Positions 53,058-61,750 of a stretch of DNA of 64,000 nt are shown here, one piece after another. Made by a program: the position numbers and the translations under genes. The notes beneath the pieces are model-generated. The model was not told the DNA's origin and did no database searches. It worked only from the letters and a program-made list of their open reading frames with translations. Source of the stretch: Lentisphaeria bacterium (GTDB taxonomy: Bacteria > Verrucomicrobiota > Lentisphaeria > Victivallales > UBA1829); the NCBI GenBank assembly GCA_017615635.1, contig JAFZZR010000005.1:5258-69257 (forward strand), written 5' to 3'. Every line of letters starts with the position of its first letter. The stretch's first letter is position 1.

Positions 53058-53978
53058 ATGTCGTCCGTCCGGAAAGAGATTCCTGTATCGCATTTCTATT
53101 TCTGGGATAAGATCCCGGAAGAGTTGCATCTTGCCGTAATGATCGAGTTTGCCGACAACGGCTGCCGGTATCTGACTCTGCCCTGGCAGCTGCTGCTCCT
53201 GTTTCACCGAAAAGAGACCGGATTCAGAAAGAATTTTCTGGACAAGGTGCATGCGGCAGGGCTGTCCATTCTGGAGGCCCATGCGCCGTGCGGAGCCGGA
53301 CTGAGCTTAAACAGCCCGGATCCGGCACTGCGTGATACCATGCTGAATGCGCATCTCGACTGTATGCGGATCGCCGCGGACGCCGGGGCCGGCACGTACA
53401 CGGTCCACATCGAAACCCGTCCTTACATGGACATGGAACAGCCGATGGGGGAATTGGTGGAAATGAGCACGGCTTTCATGATCCGCTCCCTGGAGCACCT
53501 GCTGCCGGAAGCGGAAAAACTGGGGCTTATTCTGACCATTGAAAACTGTTTTTCCCCCATGAATACCGCGGAACAGCTCCTCAGGTGTCTGAACGCTTTC
53601 AATTCCCCGTTTCTGAAATGCTGTTTCGATGCGGGACACGCAAACTATATGCGGAGCGGGAAAACATGGGAGAAACTCCCTGCTTATCACCGGGTCAACA
53701 CCTGGCGGGGCAAAATTGATTTTGACGATCATGTTCTGGAAAAACTGGCGCCGTTCGTTGCAACCACGCATTTCCACGACAACGACGGGTATTCGGATCA
53801 GCACCGCTGCCCCGGCGACGGCACGGTGGAATGGGGAAAAATCATACCTGTTCTGAAACAATGTCCGTGCATCCGCTCCTTCCAAAACGAAACGAATGCA
53901 CTTGAAAATCGGGTATCCATTGCGCGGATGTGCCGCACGATGATGCACCTTGATTCATTGGGAAATAACCAGCCTTGA
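53058..53978 (+). CDS. sugar phosphate isolerase/epimerase (xylose isomerase-like TIM barrel), second paralog
   Basis: YTVHIE, LTIENCF, CCFDAGHANYM and TTHFHDNDGYSDQH motifs. RBS GAAGGAAG. Confidence 0.85.
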   Translation: MSSVRKEIPVSHFYFWDKIPEELHLAVMIEFADNGCRYLTLPWQLLLLFHRKETGFRKNFLDKVHAAGLSILEAHAPCGAGLSLNSPDPALRDTMLNAHLDCMRIAADAGAGTYTVHIETRPYMDMEQPMGELVEMSTAFMIRSLEHLLPEAEKLGLILTIENCFSPMNTAEQLLRCLNAFNSPFLKCCFDAGHANYMRSGKTWEKLPAYHRVNTWRGKIDFDDHVLEKLAPFVATTHFHDNDGYSDQHRCPGDGTVEWGKIIPVLKQCPCIRSFQNETNALENRVSIARMCRTMMHLDSLGNNQP

Positions 53979-54072
53979 ATTGTGCGAAAGGCGCGGAAAA
54001 AAATAGAAGTGCAAGCTCATGGAAATGGCCGAAAAAAGTGAAAACGGAATATAATGGAGACGGAAAAGTGTT

Positions 54073-54328
54073 TGTGCCGCCCCGTTGGGGCTTGGAGGAT
54101 GTTTCTACCCTGTGTTCCCGGGGTTGCGCTCCCTCCGGTCGCTTAACCCCGGGCTATACTCCGCCGCCCTTTCAGGGCTGGCATAGGCGAGATCTCTCAT
54201 TGACCTTTGCCTCGTCAAGGGGGATCGTCATGCGGAAGCCAACCCCAACGGGGCGGCACAATTCAGCCAGGGGATCATCCCCTGGGGAAATGGGGCAAAA
54301 GACATTTTTAGCCCCAACGGGGCGACAC
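54073..54328. repeat. GC-rich nested-palindrome element with three copies of a CCCCAACGGGGCG(G/A)CAC core (REP/MITE-like or structured RNA)
   Basis: 54073-54095 pairs with 54239-54260 (18+4 bp, one bulge). Inner stems are at 54117-54125/54145-54153, 54166-54178 and 54200-54218. A perfect 9+9 palindrome is at 54267-54285 and a third direct core copy at 54311-54328. Confidence 0.85.
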
Positions 54329-54378
54329 AAGAAAATGAAAACAAGTTTTTTAACAAACATGAGAAAAGGAACAAGTAA

Positions 54379-55113
54379 ATGAGAATGAGAAAGAAAGACT
54401 TCACGCTGATCGAGCTCTTGGTCGTCATCGCCATCATCGCCATTCTGGCGGGGATGCTGTTCCCGGCGCTTGGGACGGCGAAAAGCAAGGCCCTGGCCGT
54501 CCAGTGCATCAATCAGCAGAGACAGTTTTATTATCCTCTGATGGCCTACTCGGACGACAACGAAGGCTACTCCGTCCCGCTTTTCGGGGATGGTCTGGTC
54601 GTCGGCGGAGACACCTGCAACATGGCGGTGAAACTGCTCTACCGGCTCGGGTATCTGAAGGGAAGTTCGTTCAATAACTACCGGCGCAGCAATCTGGTCT
54701 GTCCGATGCTCTCCTCCCCTGAGAGTGCGATCCATAACAACGGCAGCTCGTATGGAATGTTCCGCCATGCAAGCCAGACCAAAAATCAGATGTATGAAGG
54801 GCCGACAGCCGAAAAAGGCTGGTTCCCGATCTACAAGCGCATCAAGCACCCGAGCAATGTCGGTCTGGCCGCGGACAGCTGGGACGAGACGGAGCGGAGG
54901 CAATGGTCGGTCATTCTGCTGGACTATGCGAAAGCGGGAACACCCATTACCGGAGGCACCGGGGTCATGCCGGTCCATTCCAAAAAGGCGAATATGCTGA
55001 TGATGCCGGGGAACGTGCAGCAGTGGTCGATGGAGGATCTCTCGCGCACGAAAATGAGCTGGAGCAATACCGACGATTATTTTGCCCAGGTCCCGTTCTA
55101 CATTGGCCGTTAA
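54379..55113 (+). CDS. prepilin-type N-terminal domain protein, H-X9-PG variant (pseudopilin-like)
   Basis: [31 protein letters not shown] with C-terminal [12 protein letters not shown]. It lies 21 nt upstream of the DUF4838-like gene. Confidence 0.85.
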   Translation: MRMRKKDFTLIELLVVIAIIAILAGMLFPALGTAKSKALAVQCINQQRQFYYPLMAYSDDNEGYSVPLFGDGLVVGGDTCNMAVKLLYRLGYLKGSSFNNYRRSNLVCPMLSSPESAIHNNGSSYGMFRHASQTKNQMYEGPTAEKGWFPIYKRIKHPSNVGLAADSWDETERRQWSVILLDYAKAGTPITGGTGVMPVHSKKANMLMMPGNVQQWSMEDLSRTKMSWSNTDDYFAQVPFYIGR

Positions 55114-55134
55114 AAAAACAGCACGGAAAATCTC

Positions 55135-57561
55135 ATGAAAAAACATCTTTTCGCTTTGATCGCGGTTTTGGGGATTCTCCCTCTTGATGCCGGAGACTTT
55201 GTCCTCGTCAGAAACCATAAGCCGCAATGCTCCATTGTCCTGCCGGAAAACGACAACGGAAGCGGCGTGGTCGGGACGGCGGTCTGGCACTTCAACCAGA
55301 CGCTGAAAACCATCACGGGAACGACTCTGCCGACGGTCCGGAAGGCCCCGGAAGGGAACCGGATCACCTTCGTCCTCCGGGAGGCGGATTCCCTGCTGAC
55401 GGTGGACAACTACACGCTGTCTTTTCCTGATTCCCGGACGCTTCAGATCGAGGCGACGAAGGATTCCGTGCAGTGGGCGTTTCATCACATCATCCGGGAG
55501 TTTGCCAAAGCGGAATGGATTCTTCCGGAGACCTGCGGCCTGAGCTATACGCCTCTGACCGACCTCGCCGTCCCCATGGAGAAAGTCGAAGTCAAAGACA
55601 TCTCCTGGGCGATCTCCCGGATCCACAATCCCGGCACCCTCTGGCGGAAATTCAATTACCGGCCCGGTCTGCGCATCGGCCATGACCTGACGCTTCACGC
55701 CTTCCCGGCGGAAAAATACAAAAAGGACAACTCCTGGCCGGAAACGATCATGCCCGTTCTGAACGGGAAGAAGATCACCGCCCTGCCGTTCCCGGAGAAT
55801 CCCGTGAATTTCTGGCAGCCGTGCTACTCGAATCCGGAGACGGCCCGGATCGCGGTGGAAAACATTCTGGAGTATCTGGAGAAGCATCCGGGGACGCTGG
55901 GGCTGAGTCTGGGGACCAACGACAACAGCGGCTTCTGCGAATGCGCCGAGTGTCTGAAGCTGGACCGGAACAACCGGGGCAACCGCTCGGAATCCTATTT
56001 CACGTTCATCAACCGGGTGCTGGAGAAGGTCTGCGAAAAGTATCCGAAGCTGACCGTTTCGGTGTTCGCCTACGACAAGACCTACCGGCCGCCCTCGTTC
56101 AAGCTGCACCCGAACGCGCTGGTGTATCTGACCATCGACATCAACTCCTGCGCGGATCCGGTCATCTGCGAGAGGCACAGGAAGATCATTTCCGAATGGG
56201 GAAGCAAGGCCGCCATGCTGGGCGTGTGGGACTATTCGTGGGGCTATCCCTATCCGGCGCCCCGGATGTACGCACCGTACCATCTGGACATCCTCAAGTT
56301 TCTGTATGAGAATCATGCGAAAGCCTACTATGGAGAATGCTGGGTGCACGACGCCTTCGAAGGGCCCAAGCAGTACCTGATCTCCAAACTTCTCTGGAAC
56401 AGCGAGCAGGACATGCAGAAACTGGAGGACGACTGGTATGTCCGCTGCGTGGGCAAAAAGGCCGCTCCCTACCTGAAAGCCTACTATAAAGTCTGGAACG
56501 ACTACTTCACCGGGGCCGCCCGGAAGACGCCCTGGTTCAGAAGCGCCTGGAACGTCTATATGGCCTATTACGATCTCTCCAGCAGCTACGGCCTGGAAGA
56601 GAAAGACCTTCAGGCGGCGGACGAGGCCATGCGTCAGGTGGTCGCGCTGGCGGAGACCGATCAGGAACAGGCCCGCGCCGCGCTGATGATGCGCCACTGG
56701 CAGTACACGTTCCTCCGTCTGCGCATGCTGGGATCCGCCGTCTACGCTCCCGACGGTTCCATCTCCTCTCCGGAACAGGCTCTGCGGCTTCTCGACGCCG
56801 TCGCAAAATATCCGGAGTACATGCGGCAGTACCGGGAGATCAGTGACCGTCTGATCCAGGATCCGGCCATCCGCACCGAATATCTGAACAAGTACTACAT
56901 GAAGGAACTCGGTTCGCCCATCGGCCGGAGCTTCGACCAGTCCGTCGGAAAACATATCCTGGCGGCGTCCGCGTTTGCCGGACAGCCGGAGGTCCGGCAG
57001 GCCATGACGGCGGTCGCCGGCGATCCGGACCAGTTCCCCCTCATGCGGCAGCTCTGCCGCGCCCTGTCGGATCCCGCCGCGCAGCAGAATCTTCTTCCGG
57101 ACGGCAACGCGGAAAACGGCATTCCGCCTATGGCGGAGATCCATCCGGAATTGAGACGGTACGGCGAGCTTTCCATTACCGACCGGTATCATGCGGAAGG
57201 GGAAAAATCGTTTCAGATCTCGGTCAAGGGGCCCGACACTCTGTTCTGGATCCAGGTCCCGGCAAATCCCGATACCACCTATCTGGTCACGTTCAAGGCC
57301 TTCATCCCGCAGCCAAGTGCAGAAGGGTATCTGGAAACCAATCTCTATGCCCAGCGGAACGGCATCCCTCAGCAGTACCGGCTGCCGCCGCCCCTGAAAC
57401 TTTCCGGCGGCATATGGCAGACCTTCTCCGTGCTGACTTCCACAAGGCCGAACTCGAATGGGCTTCGGCTCCGCATCCATCTGCGGGAGTTCGAAAACGG
57501 AGATGAGGTCTTCATCGACGATATCCGGATCATGGAGATCGGAGAAGTTTCGGATAAATGA
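55135..57561 (+). CDS. secreted DUF4838-like putative glycoside hydrolase with C-terminal CBM4_9-like module
   Basis: It has a signal peptide (MKKHLFALIAVLGILPLDAG), the CxCxxC motif GFCECAECLKL (Cys codons 55936-55953) and a C-terminal beta-sandwich ending FIDDIRIMEI. The antisense 1102-aa ORF is shadow. Confidence 0.75.
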   Translation: MKKHLFALIAVLGILPLDAGDFVLVRNHKPQCSIVLPENDNGSGVVGTAVWHFNQTLKTITGTTLPTVRKAPEGNRITFVLREADSLLTVDNYTLSFPDSRTLQIEATKDSVQWAFHHIIREFAKAEWILPETCGLSYTPLTDLAVPMEKVEVKDISWAISRIHNPGTLWRKFNYRPGLRIGHDLTLHAFPAEKYKKDNSWPETIMPVLNGKKITALPFPENPVNFWQPCYSNPETARIAVENILEYLEKHPGTLGLSLGTNDNSGFCECAECLKLDRNNRGNRSESYFTFINRVLEKVCEKYPKLTVSVFAYDKTYRPPSFKLHPNALVYLTIDINSCADPVICERHRKIISEWGSKAAMLGVWDYSWGYPYPAPRMYAPYHLDILKFLYENHAKAYYGECWVHDAFEGPKQYLISKLLWNSEQDMQKLEDDWYVRCVGKKAAPYLKAYYKVWNDYFTGAARKTPWFRSAWNVYMAYYDLSSSYGLEEKDLQAADEAMRQVVALAETDQEQARAALMMRHWQYTFLRLRMLGSAVYAPDGSISSPEQALRLLDAVAKYPEYMRQYREISDRLIQDPAIRTEYLNKYYMKELGSPIGRSFDQSVGKHILAASAFAGQPEVRQAMTAVAGDPDQFPLMRQLCRALSDPAAQQNLLPDGNAENGIPPMAEIHPELRRYGELSITDRYHAEGEKSFQISVKGPDTLFWIQVPANPDTTYLVTFKAFIPQPSAEGYLETNLYAQRNGIPQQYRLPPPLKLSGGIWQTFSVLTSTRPNSNGLRLRIHLREFENGDEVFIDDIRIMEIGEVSDK

Positions 57562-57598
57562 GAAGTGACAACGCTGTTAGCGTTCAGGGAGACAGGAC

Positions 57599-60589
57599 AT
57601 GCTTGACGAGGTCTATTATTACGATTTCAGCAGGGAACAGCCGATCGACTGGGAAGTTTTATCTCGGGATGAAAACAAGTTCAGGGTGAAGGCGGAAATT
57701 CAGCACGATGCGGGGAAAAAACTCCTGCTTGCGGAGGAAAGGATTCGTGACTTCACCTTGAAGCTGCCACGGATCCGCGAGTTCATCCTGAACGGGGAAC
57801 GGCTGGATTTCGGGAAGAGAGCCTCATCCGCCTATATCGGGAAGGGCTTCATCCGCCGAGGTATGGAAATCGAGCTGAAGCAGGGACTCAATACCCTTGA
57901 GGCCGAGGGAGAATATCCGAATGACGATCTGCTTGCGCTCATAAAAACGACTCTGGCCGAGCCGCTGTCCCCCGTCAGGGAAAGTGAGCCTGTGCATACC
58001 GTCATTCCCTGTCCGGACTATCCGGAATACGCGCCGGAGGGGAATGAACCCGATTTGACCGGATACACGCCCGGGATCGGCTGCCGGGAGACGCCCGGGC
58101 GGTTCGGCTTCGCCAAAGGCAGCGGTTTCCTCGATTACGGGATGCCCGTGCTGGGAAGTTTCGACAAGATGTATCTGTGCGGACATCCGGAATACCACAA
58201 GCCCTTCCGGTGGAGTTATTCCACATTGCCGAAGGGGGCGCCGCGCCACGGTTCCTGGCGTCCGGCGGATCACGGCATCGAGGGCGATACGATCCGGATC
58301 AATCATCTTTCCTGCTTCTGGTGTGCCGATCTGGACGGAATCGAATTTTCCTGTACGGGTTCCCTGGCTTCGCCCGGCGTGATAACGGAACGGTCGGACG
58401 GGCGCATGCGGATCGGCGATCTGGAATTTGCGGGGAACTATCAGTACATGATGATCCCGCGGAAAGACGGCACGCTGGAAATCAGCACTTTGAAGGATGT
58501 CCGCGCCCTGACCATGGGGAAGAATTTTCTGCTGCTTTTCGGCTGCACCGAGTTTCCCGATCTGCCTCTGCTCCTGGTTTTCCAAAAACAGCCCCGGAAC
58601 ATGAGGCTGGAATTCCGTCCGGACAGCGGACGGCTTTCCGCCATCGAATTCGAAAACTGCCCGCTCCTGATCAGCGCCACGCCGTTCGGCTTCGAAAGTT
58701 TCAAGCCCATTCGCCCGGACGATGCGGATTTTCTCCGGAAAGCGGCGGAACGGTGTCTTTTCTGGAGCCGGGCACTGCTGGCCTTTCCCGTGCGGTGCGA
58801 AGAGTACTTCCGGAACGATCTTGAACGGAAGCATGCCTCCATCATCCAGAAGTTCCGTTACCGGGTTATCCGCGATGAATGGAACACAGTTCCCCTGGAA
58901 CTGGCGCCGCTGCCGCCTGTCCTCTCGATCAGCGGTCTTTACGACACGCAGAAGGAGATGGACTTTCATTTTCCGACCAAGCACGGCCATCTGACGGGCC
59001 GGATCGGCAATACATCCTCGTATGTCCTGCCGTGGATGCCGACGGCCAGAAAGTTTCCGCTGTGCAGCGAGGGGAGGGGAAGCGAATGGAAGGCGCTTCT
59101 GAAAAAAGGATTCCGAAGCTATTTCGATTTCGTGACTTCCTTCCCCGAATCCACCCAGTCCTATCCCTATGCGGGGGCGGTTCTGGAGCCCTTTGCCTGG
59201 ACGGCGACCCTGTTCAATTTTCTGGATGATGCCGACCGTGAAAAACTTTCGGAGCTCCTTCAGCAAAGACTCCGCATCGTCTGCGATCCGGAATCCAGAT
59301 ACAAGTATCCGGTGATCGACTGGGGCTACATGATGAAGACCATGCCGGACGATCAGGATGTGCTGGCATATTACCGTCGGCCGGAAATGAATCATCTCGT
59401 GCTTTGGAACTGGTATGAACGGGTGGAGCCGTTCACGAAGACCTCGTACCGGATCTGTTATCTGAATGTGAATAATTTCACCTGGAAACGGATCTCCGAG
59501 GGCAGCCGTGAGGAGGTTCGTTCGCTGAACCAGCCCATGATCGAAAACGACTGGGGTCTGGGTTTGACGTTCTATTATGTTTACCTGGCCTGCCTGATTT
59601 CGGGCGATTTCAGCACGGTCCGTAAAAGCTGGAGCCTCCTGAACGACGCATTCAGTTACTTCTCCAAAATGCACGACTGGGCCTGCATGGGTACCGGATA
59701 CAGCGAAAACGGAATTCTCTGGGTGGAGGGCGCCAACTACGGCGCTTTCACCTCGTACATCAATCTGGCCGAGGCGATCGGGGACCGTACGTCCTGGGAA
59801 TACGGGCAGTATCTTGCCGCAAAGCAGCAGGCGCTCCGGCACGGCATCTTCCGCGGGGCGCAGCACTACTTCTGCAAACTCTACGGCGTCGAACCGTGGC
59901 ATATCCTGAAAATCATGGAAGATGAGGCCAGCCCTTATCCGCAGCACATGGGCGTTCCGGACATCATGGACGATCTGCGGCTCCGGCCCGGCGGTGCCTA
60001 CAATCTGACTACGGAAGGCCTGTACCCGGAACTCTTCGCCGGCCTGAAGGAATTTCAAAAAGAGGACTATGAAATCCTGCTGAAAAAATTGAAGGAATCC
60101 ATTCGCCGGAAACCCGACTGCGCCAAGACAGACTGGACCCGGATCCAGGAAGCCGCATCTTTGCTGATCTGCATGGCGCTGGACCCCGATTTCTCCTCGG
60201 AAGAACTTCGGGATGAGATCGATTTTCTCCGCCGGCATGGCCGCCTGATCACGAAATGGCGGGGCATCCATATTTTCAGCCGCCGTTTGCCCGAAAATTA
60301 TTTCGAAGCCCAGCTGCTGGCCTGGGACGATATGAAGCATCATCCGATCTGGCTCGAATACTGGCAGAATGTGAAGATCCTTTCGGCGGAATGGCGCGAC
60401 CATGCCGCTGAGCTCGTCTTCGAGGCAAAAACGGGGGCGAAGATCCGTTTCGGATGCCGGATGAGACCTGTGCAGCTCCTTTTGAATGGCGCAGAAACAG
60501 CCGGAAAGTTCGATGCCGGAATTCTGGAGCTCGAACCGGAAACGTCCGGAAATCTGCGGATCATTTTTGACGGCAAGCCGGAGAAATAA
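57599..60589 (+). CDS. 996-aa cytoplasmic protein of unknown family (alpha-helical C-terminal half; candidate novel glycan-active enzyme)
   Basis: ATG follows AGGGAGACAGG. There is no signal peptide and the amino-acid composition is balanced, unlike the antisense 859-aa shadow. It is embedded between the DUF4838-like and mutarotase genes. No motif I can place in a known family. Confidence 0.65.
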   Translation: MLDEVYYYDFSREQPIDWEVLSRDENKFRVKAEIQHDAGKKLLLAEERIRDFTLKLPRIREFILNGERLDFGKRASSAYIGKGFIRRGMEIELKQGLNTLEAEGEYPNDDLLALIKTTLAEPLSPVRESEPVHTVIPCPDYPEYAPEGNEPDLTGYTPGIGCRETPGRFGFAKGSGFLDYGMPVLGSFDKMYLCGHPEYHKPFRWSYSTLPKGAPRHGSWRPADHGIEGDTIRINHLSCFWCADLDGIEFSCTGSLASPGVITERSDGRMRIGDLEFAGNYQYMMIPRKDGTLEISTLKDVRALTMGKNFLLLFGCTEFPDLPLLLVFQKQPRNMRLEFRPDSGRLSAIEFENCPLLISATPFGFESFKPIRPDDADFLRKAAERCLFWSRALLAFPVRCEEYFRNDLERKHASIIQKFRYRVIRDEWNTVPLELAPLPPVLSISGLYDTQKEMDFHFPTKHGHLTGRIGNTSSYVLPWMPTARKFPLCSEGRGSEWKALLKKGFRSYFDFVTSFPESTQSYPYAGAVLEPFAWTATLFNFLDDADREKLSELLQQRLRIVCDPESRYKYPVIDWGYMMKTMPDDQDVLAYYRRPEMNHLVLWNWYERVEPFTKTSYRICYLNVNNFTWKRISEGSREEVRSLNQPMIENDWGLGLTFYYVYLACLISGDFSTVRKSWSLLNDAFSYFSKMHDWACMGTGYSENGILWVEGANYGAFTSYINLAEAIGDRTSWEYGQYLAAKQQALRHGIFRGAQHYFCKLYGVEPWHILKIMEDEASPYPQHMGVPDIMDDLRLRPGGAYNLTTEGLYPELFAGLKEFQKEDYEILLKKLKESIRRKPDCAKTDWTRIQEAASLLICMALDPDFSSEELRDEIDFLRRHGRLITKWRGIHIFSRRLPENYFEAQLLAWDDMKHHPIWLEYWQNVKILSAEWRDHAAELVFEAKTGAKIRFGCRMRPVQLLLNGAETAGKFDAGILELEPETSGNLRIIFDGKPEK

Positions 60590-60592
60590 GGT

Positions 60593-61699
60593 ATGGATTC
60601 ACGCGGATCGTCAAGGATGCCGTTGATTTTGGATAACGGGATCTTCCGGGCTGAAATTATCCCCGGGATCGGGGGCAATGTCATTGCGTTGCACCATCTG
60701 TCCAGCGGTACGAAACTGCTGCGGGAGCCGACTGATCTGAATGAACTGAAACGGTTTCCCGAACAATTCGGTCTGCCGGTGCTGTTTCCGCCGAACCGGA
60801 TCGAAGACGGACAATTCTCTTTCGAAGGGAGACGCTGTCAACTGCCTGTGAATGAAAGGGCGCTGAACAATCATCTGCATGGCCTGGCGGTGAATAAACC
60901 ATGGAAGATAATTTCATCGGATAAATGTTCCGCAGAACTCCAATTCGTTTTTACCCCGGCAAATCCGGAATATGCAGGGTTTCCGTTTGCTTTTTCCCTG
61001 AAACGGAAAGTCGAACTGACCGGACAGGGATTGCGGGACAGCATGATGGTGACGAATCACGGGGAATGGAATATGCCGCTGGGGCTGGGATATCACTCCA
61101 CATTTCCCGCGCCGCTGAAAATGAGGATAGGTACAGCCGATCGTCAGATCGAGATCGGCGAACGTCATCTGCCGACCGGACGCTTGACGGAATGGCAGGA
61201 GTTCGATCCCCGCAGCCGGTTCGATCCCCGCGGGTGCAACATCGGATTCCACGCAAGAGCAAAATGCCTGGATTTGGAGGACGGATCCTCCTTTCACGGA
61301 GCGGAACTTCTGTATGACTCCGGGCTTCTCCGCTATATGACGGACGAAAAATTTTCTTTCTGGTATACATGGAACAAACGCGGAGAAGCGGATTTCGTTT
61401 CCGTCGAACCTGTCAGCTGGATGGCCAATGCGCTGAATCAGAAAGAATCCTTACCGGCAGGAGTCCGGATCCTTGCGCCCGGCGGGGAGATCGCATTCCG
61501 CAATGAACTGCTTTTCTGCACGGTCGCTCATGACCTGCACAATCTCCTGCGACCAGGAAAATTTACTCAAAATGAATACTATGAAAATCAGAATGACCGG
61601 GAAGAAAATCAGCCCCTGCATGGTATCGGTAATGATGATCGACAAGGTTCCGCCCATATAAATCAGGCCAATTTCAAAAATTCCGACTCTTGTTCATAA
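60593..61699 (+). CDS. aldose 1-epimerase (galactose mutarotase-like) family protein with anomalous C-terminal tail
   Basis: It shows a mutarotase-like pattern (NHLHGL..., GYHSTF, VSVEPVSW). The family-like sequence ends near ...GEIAFRNELLF (about 61500). The last 66 aa or so are low-complexity and antisense to a symporter remnant. Confidence 0.75.
   Translation: MDSRGSSRMPLILDNGIFRAEIIPGIGGNVIALHHLSSGTKLLREPTDLNELKRFPEQFGLPVLFPPNRIEDGQFSFEGRRCQLPVNERALNNHLHGLAVNKPWKIISSDKCSAELQFVFTPANPEYAGFPFAFSLKRKVELTGQGLRDSMMVTNHGEWNMPLGLGYHSTFPAPLKMRIGTADRQIEIGERHLPTGRLTEWQEFDPRSRFDPRGCNIGFHARAKCLDLEDGSSFHGAELLYDSGLLRYMTDEKFSFWYTWNKRGEADFVSVEPVSWMANALNQKESLPAGVRILAPGGEIAFRNELLFCTVAHDLHNLLRPGKFTQNEYYENQNDREENQPLHGIGNDDRQGSAHINQANFKNSDSCS
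61505..61693 (-). pseudogene. internal fragment of a sodium:solute symporter (SSS family) gene
   Basis: The minus-strand frame reads TRVGIFEIGLIYMGGTLSIIITDTMQGLIFFPVILIFIVFIL. This resembles the conserved Y..GG...V.(W/I)TD..Q region of SSS transporters such as PutP. It is bounded by a stop at 61694-61696 and decays after about 60 codons. Confidence 0.35.
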
Positions 61700-61750
61700 A
61701 ATTTCAACACCATGTTTGGCAAGTTATCGGCTGCTCAAGGTCAAGGACTC

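Noticed and set aside
53975-54382. 135-aa ORF (MNCAKGAEKN…GCAPSGRLTPGYTPPPFQGW…) in the gap before the third pseudopilin gene.
   Set aside because: It coincides exactly with the nested-palindrome element and its odd composition is what the repeats translate to. There is no RBS and the start is non-ATG. It is treated as non-coding repeat or structured DNA/RNA.
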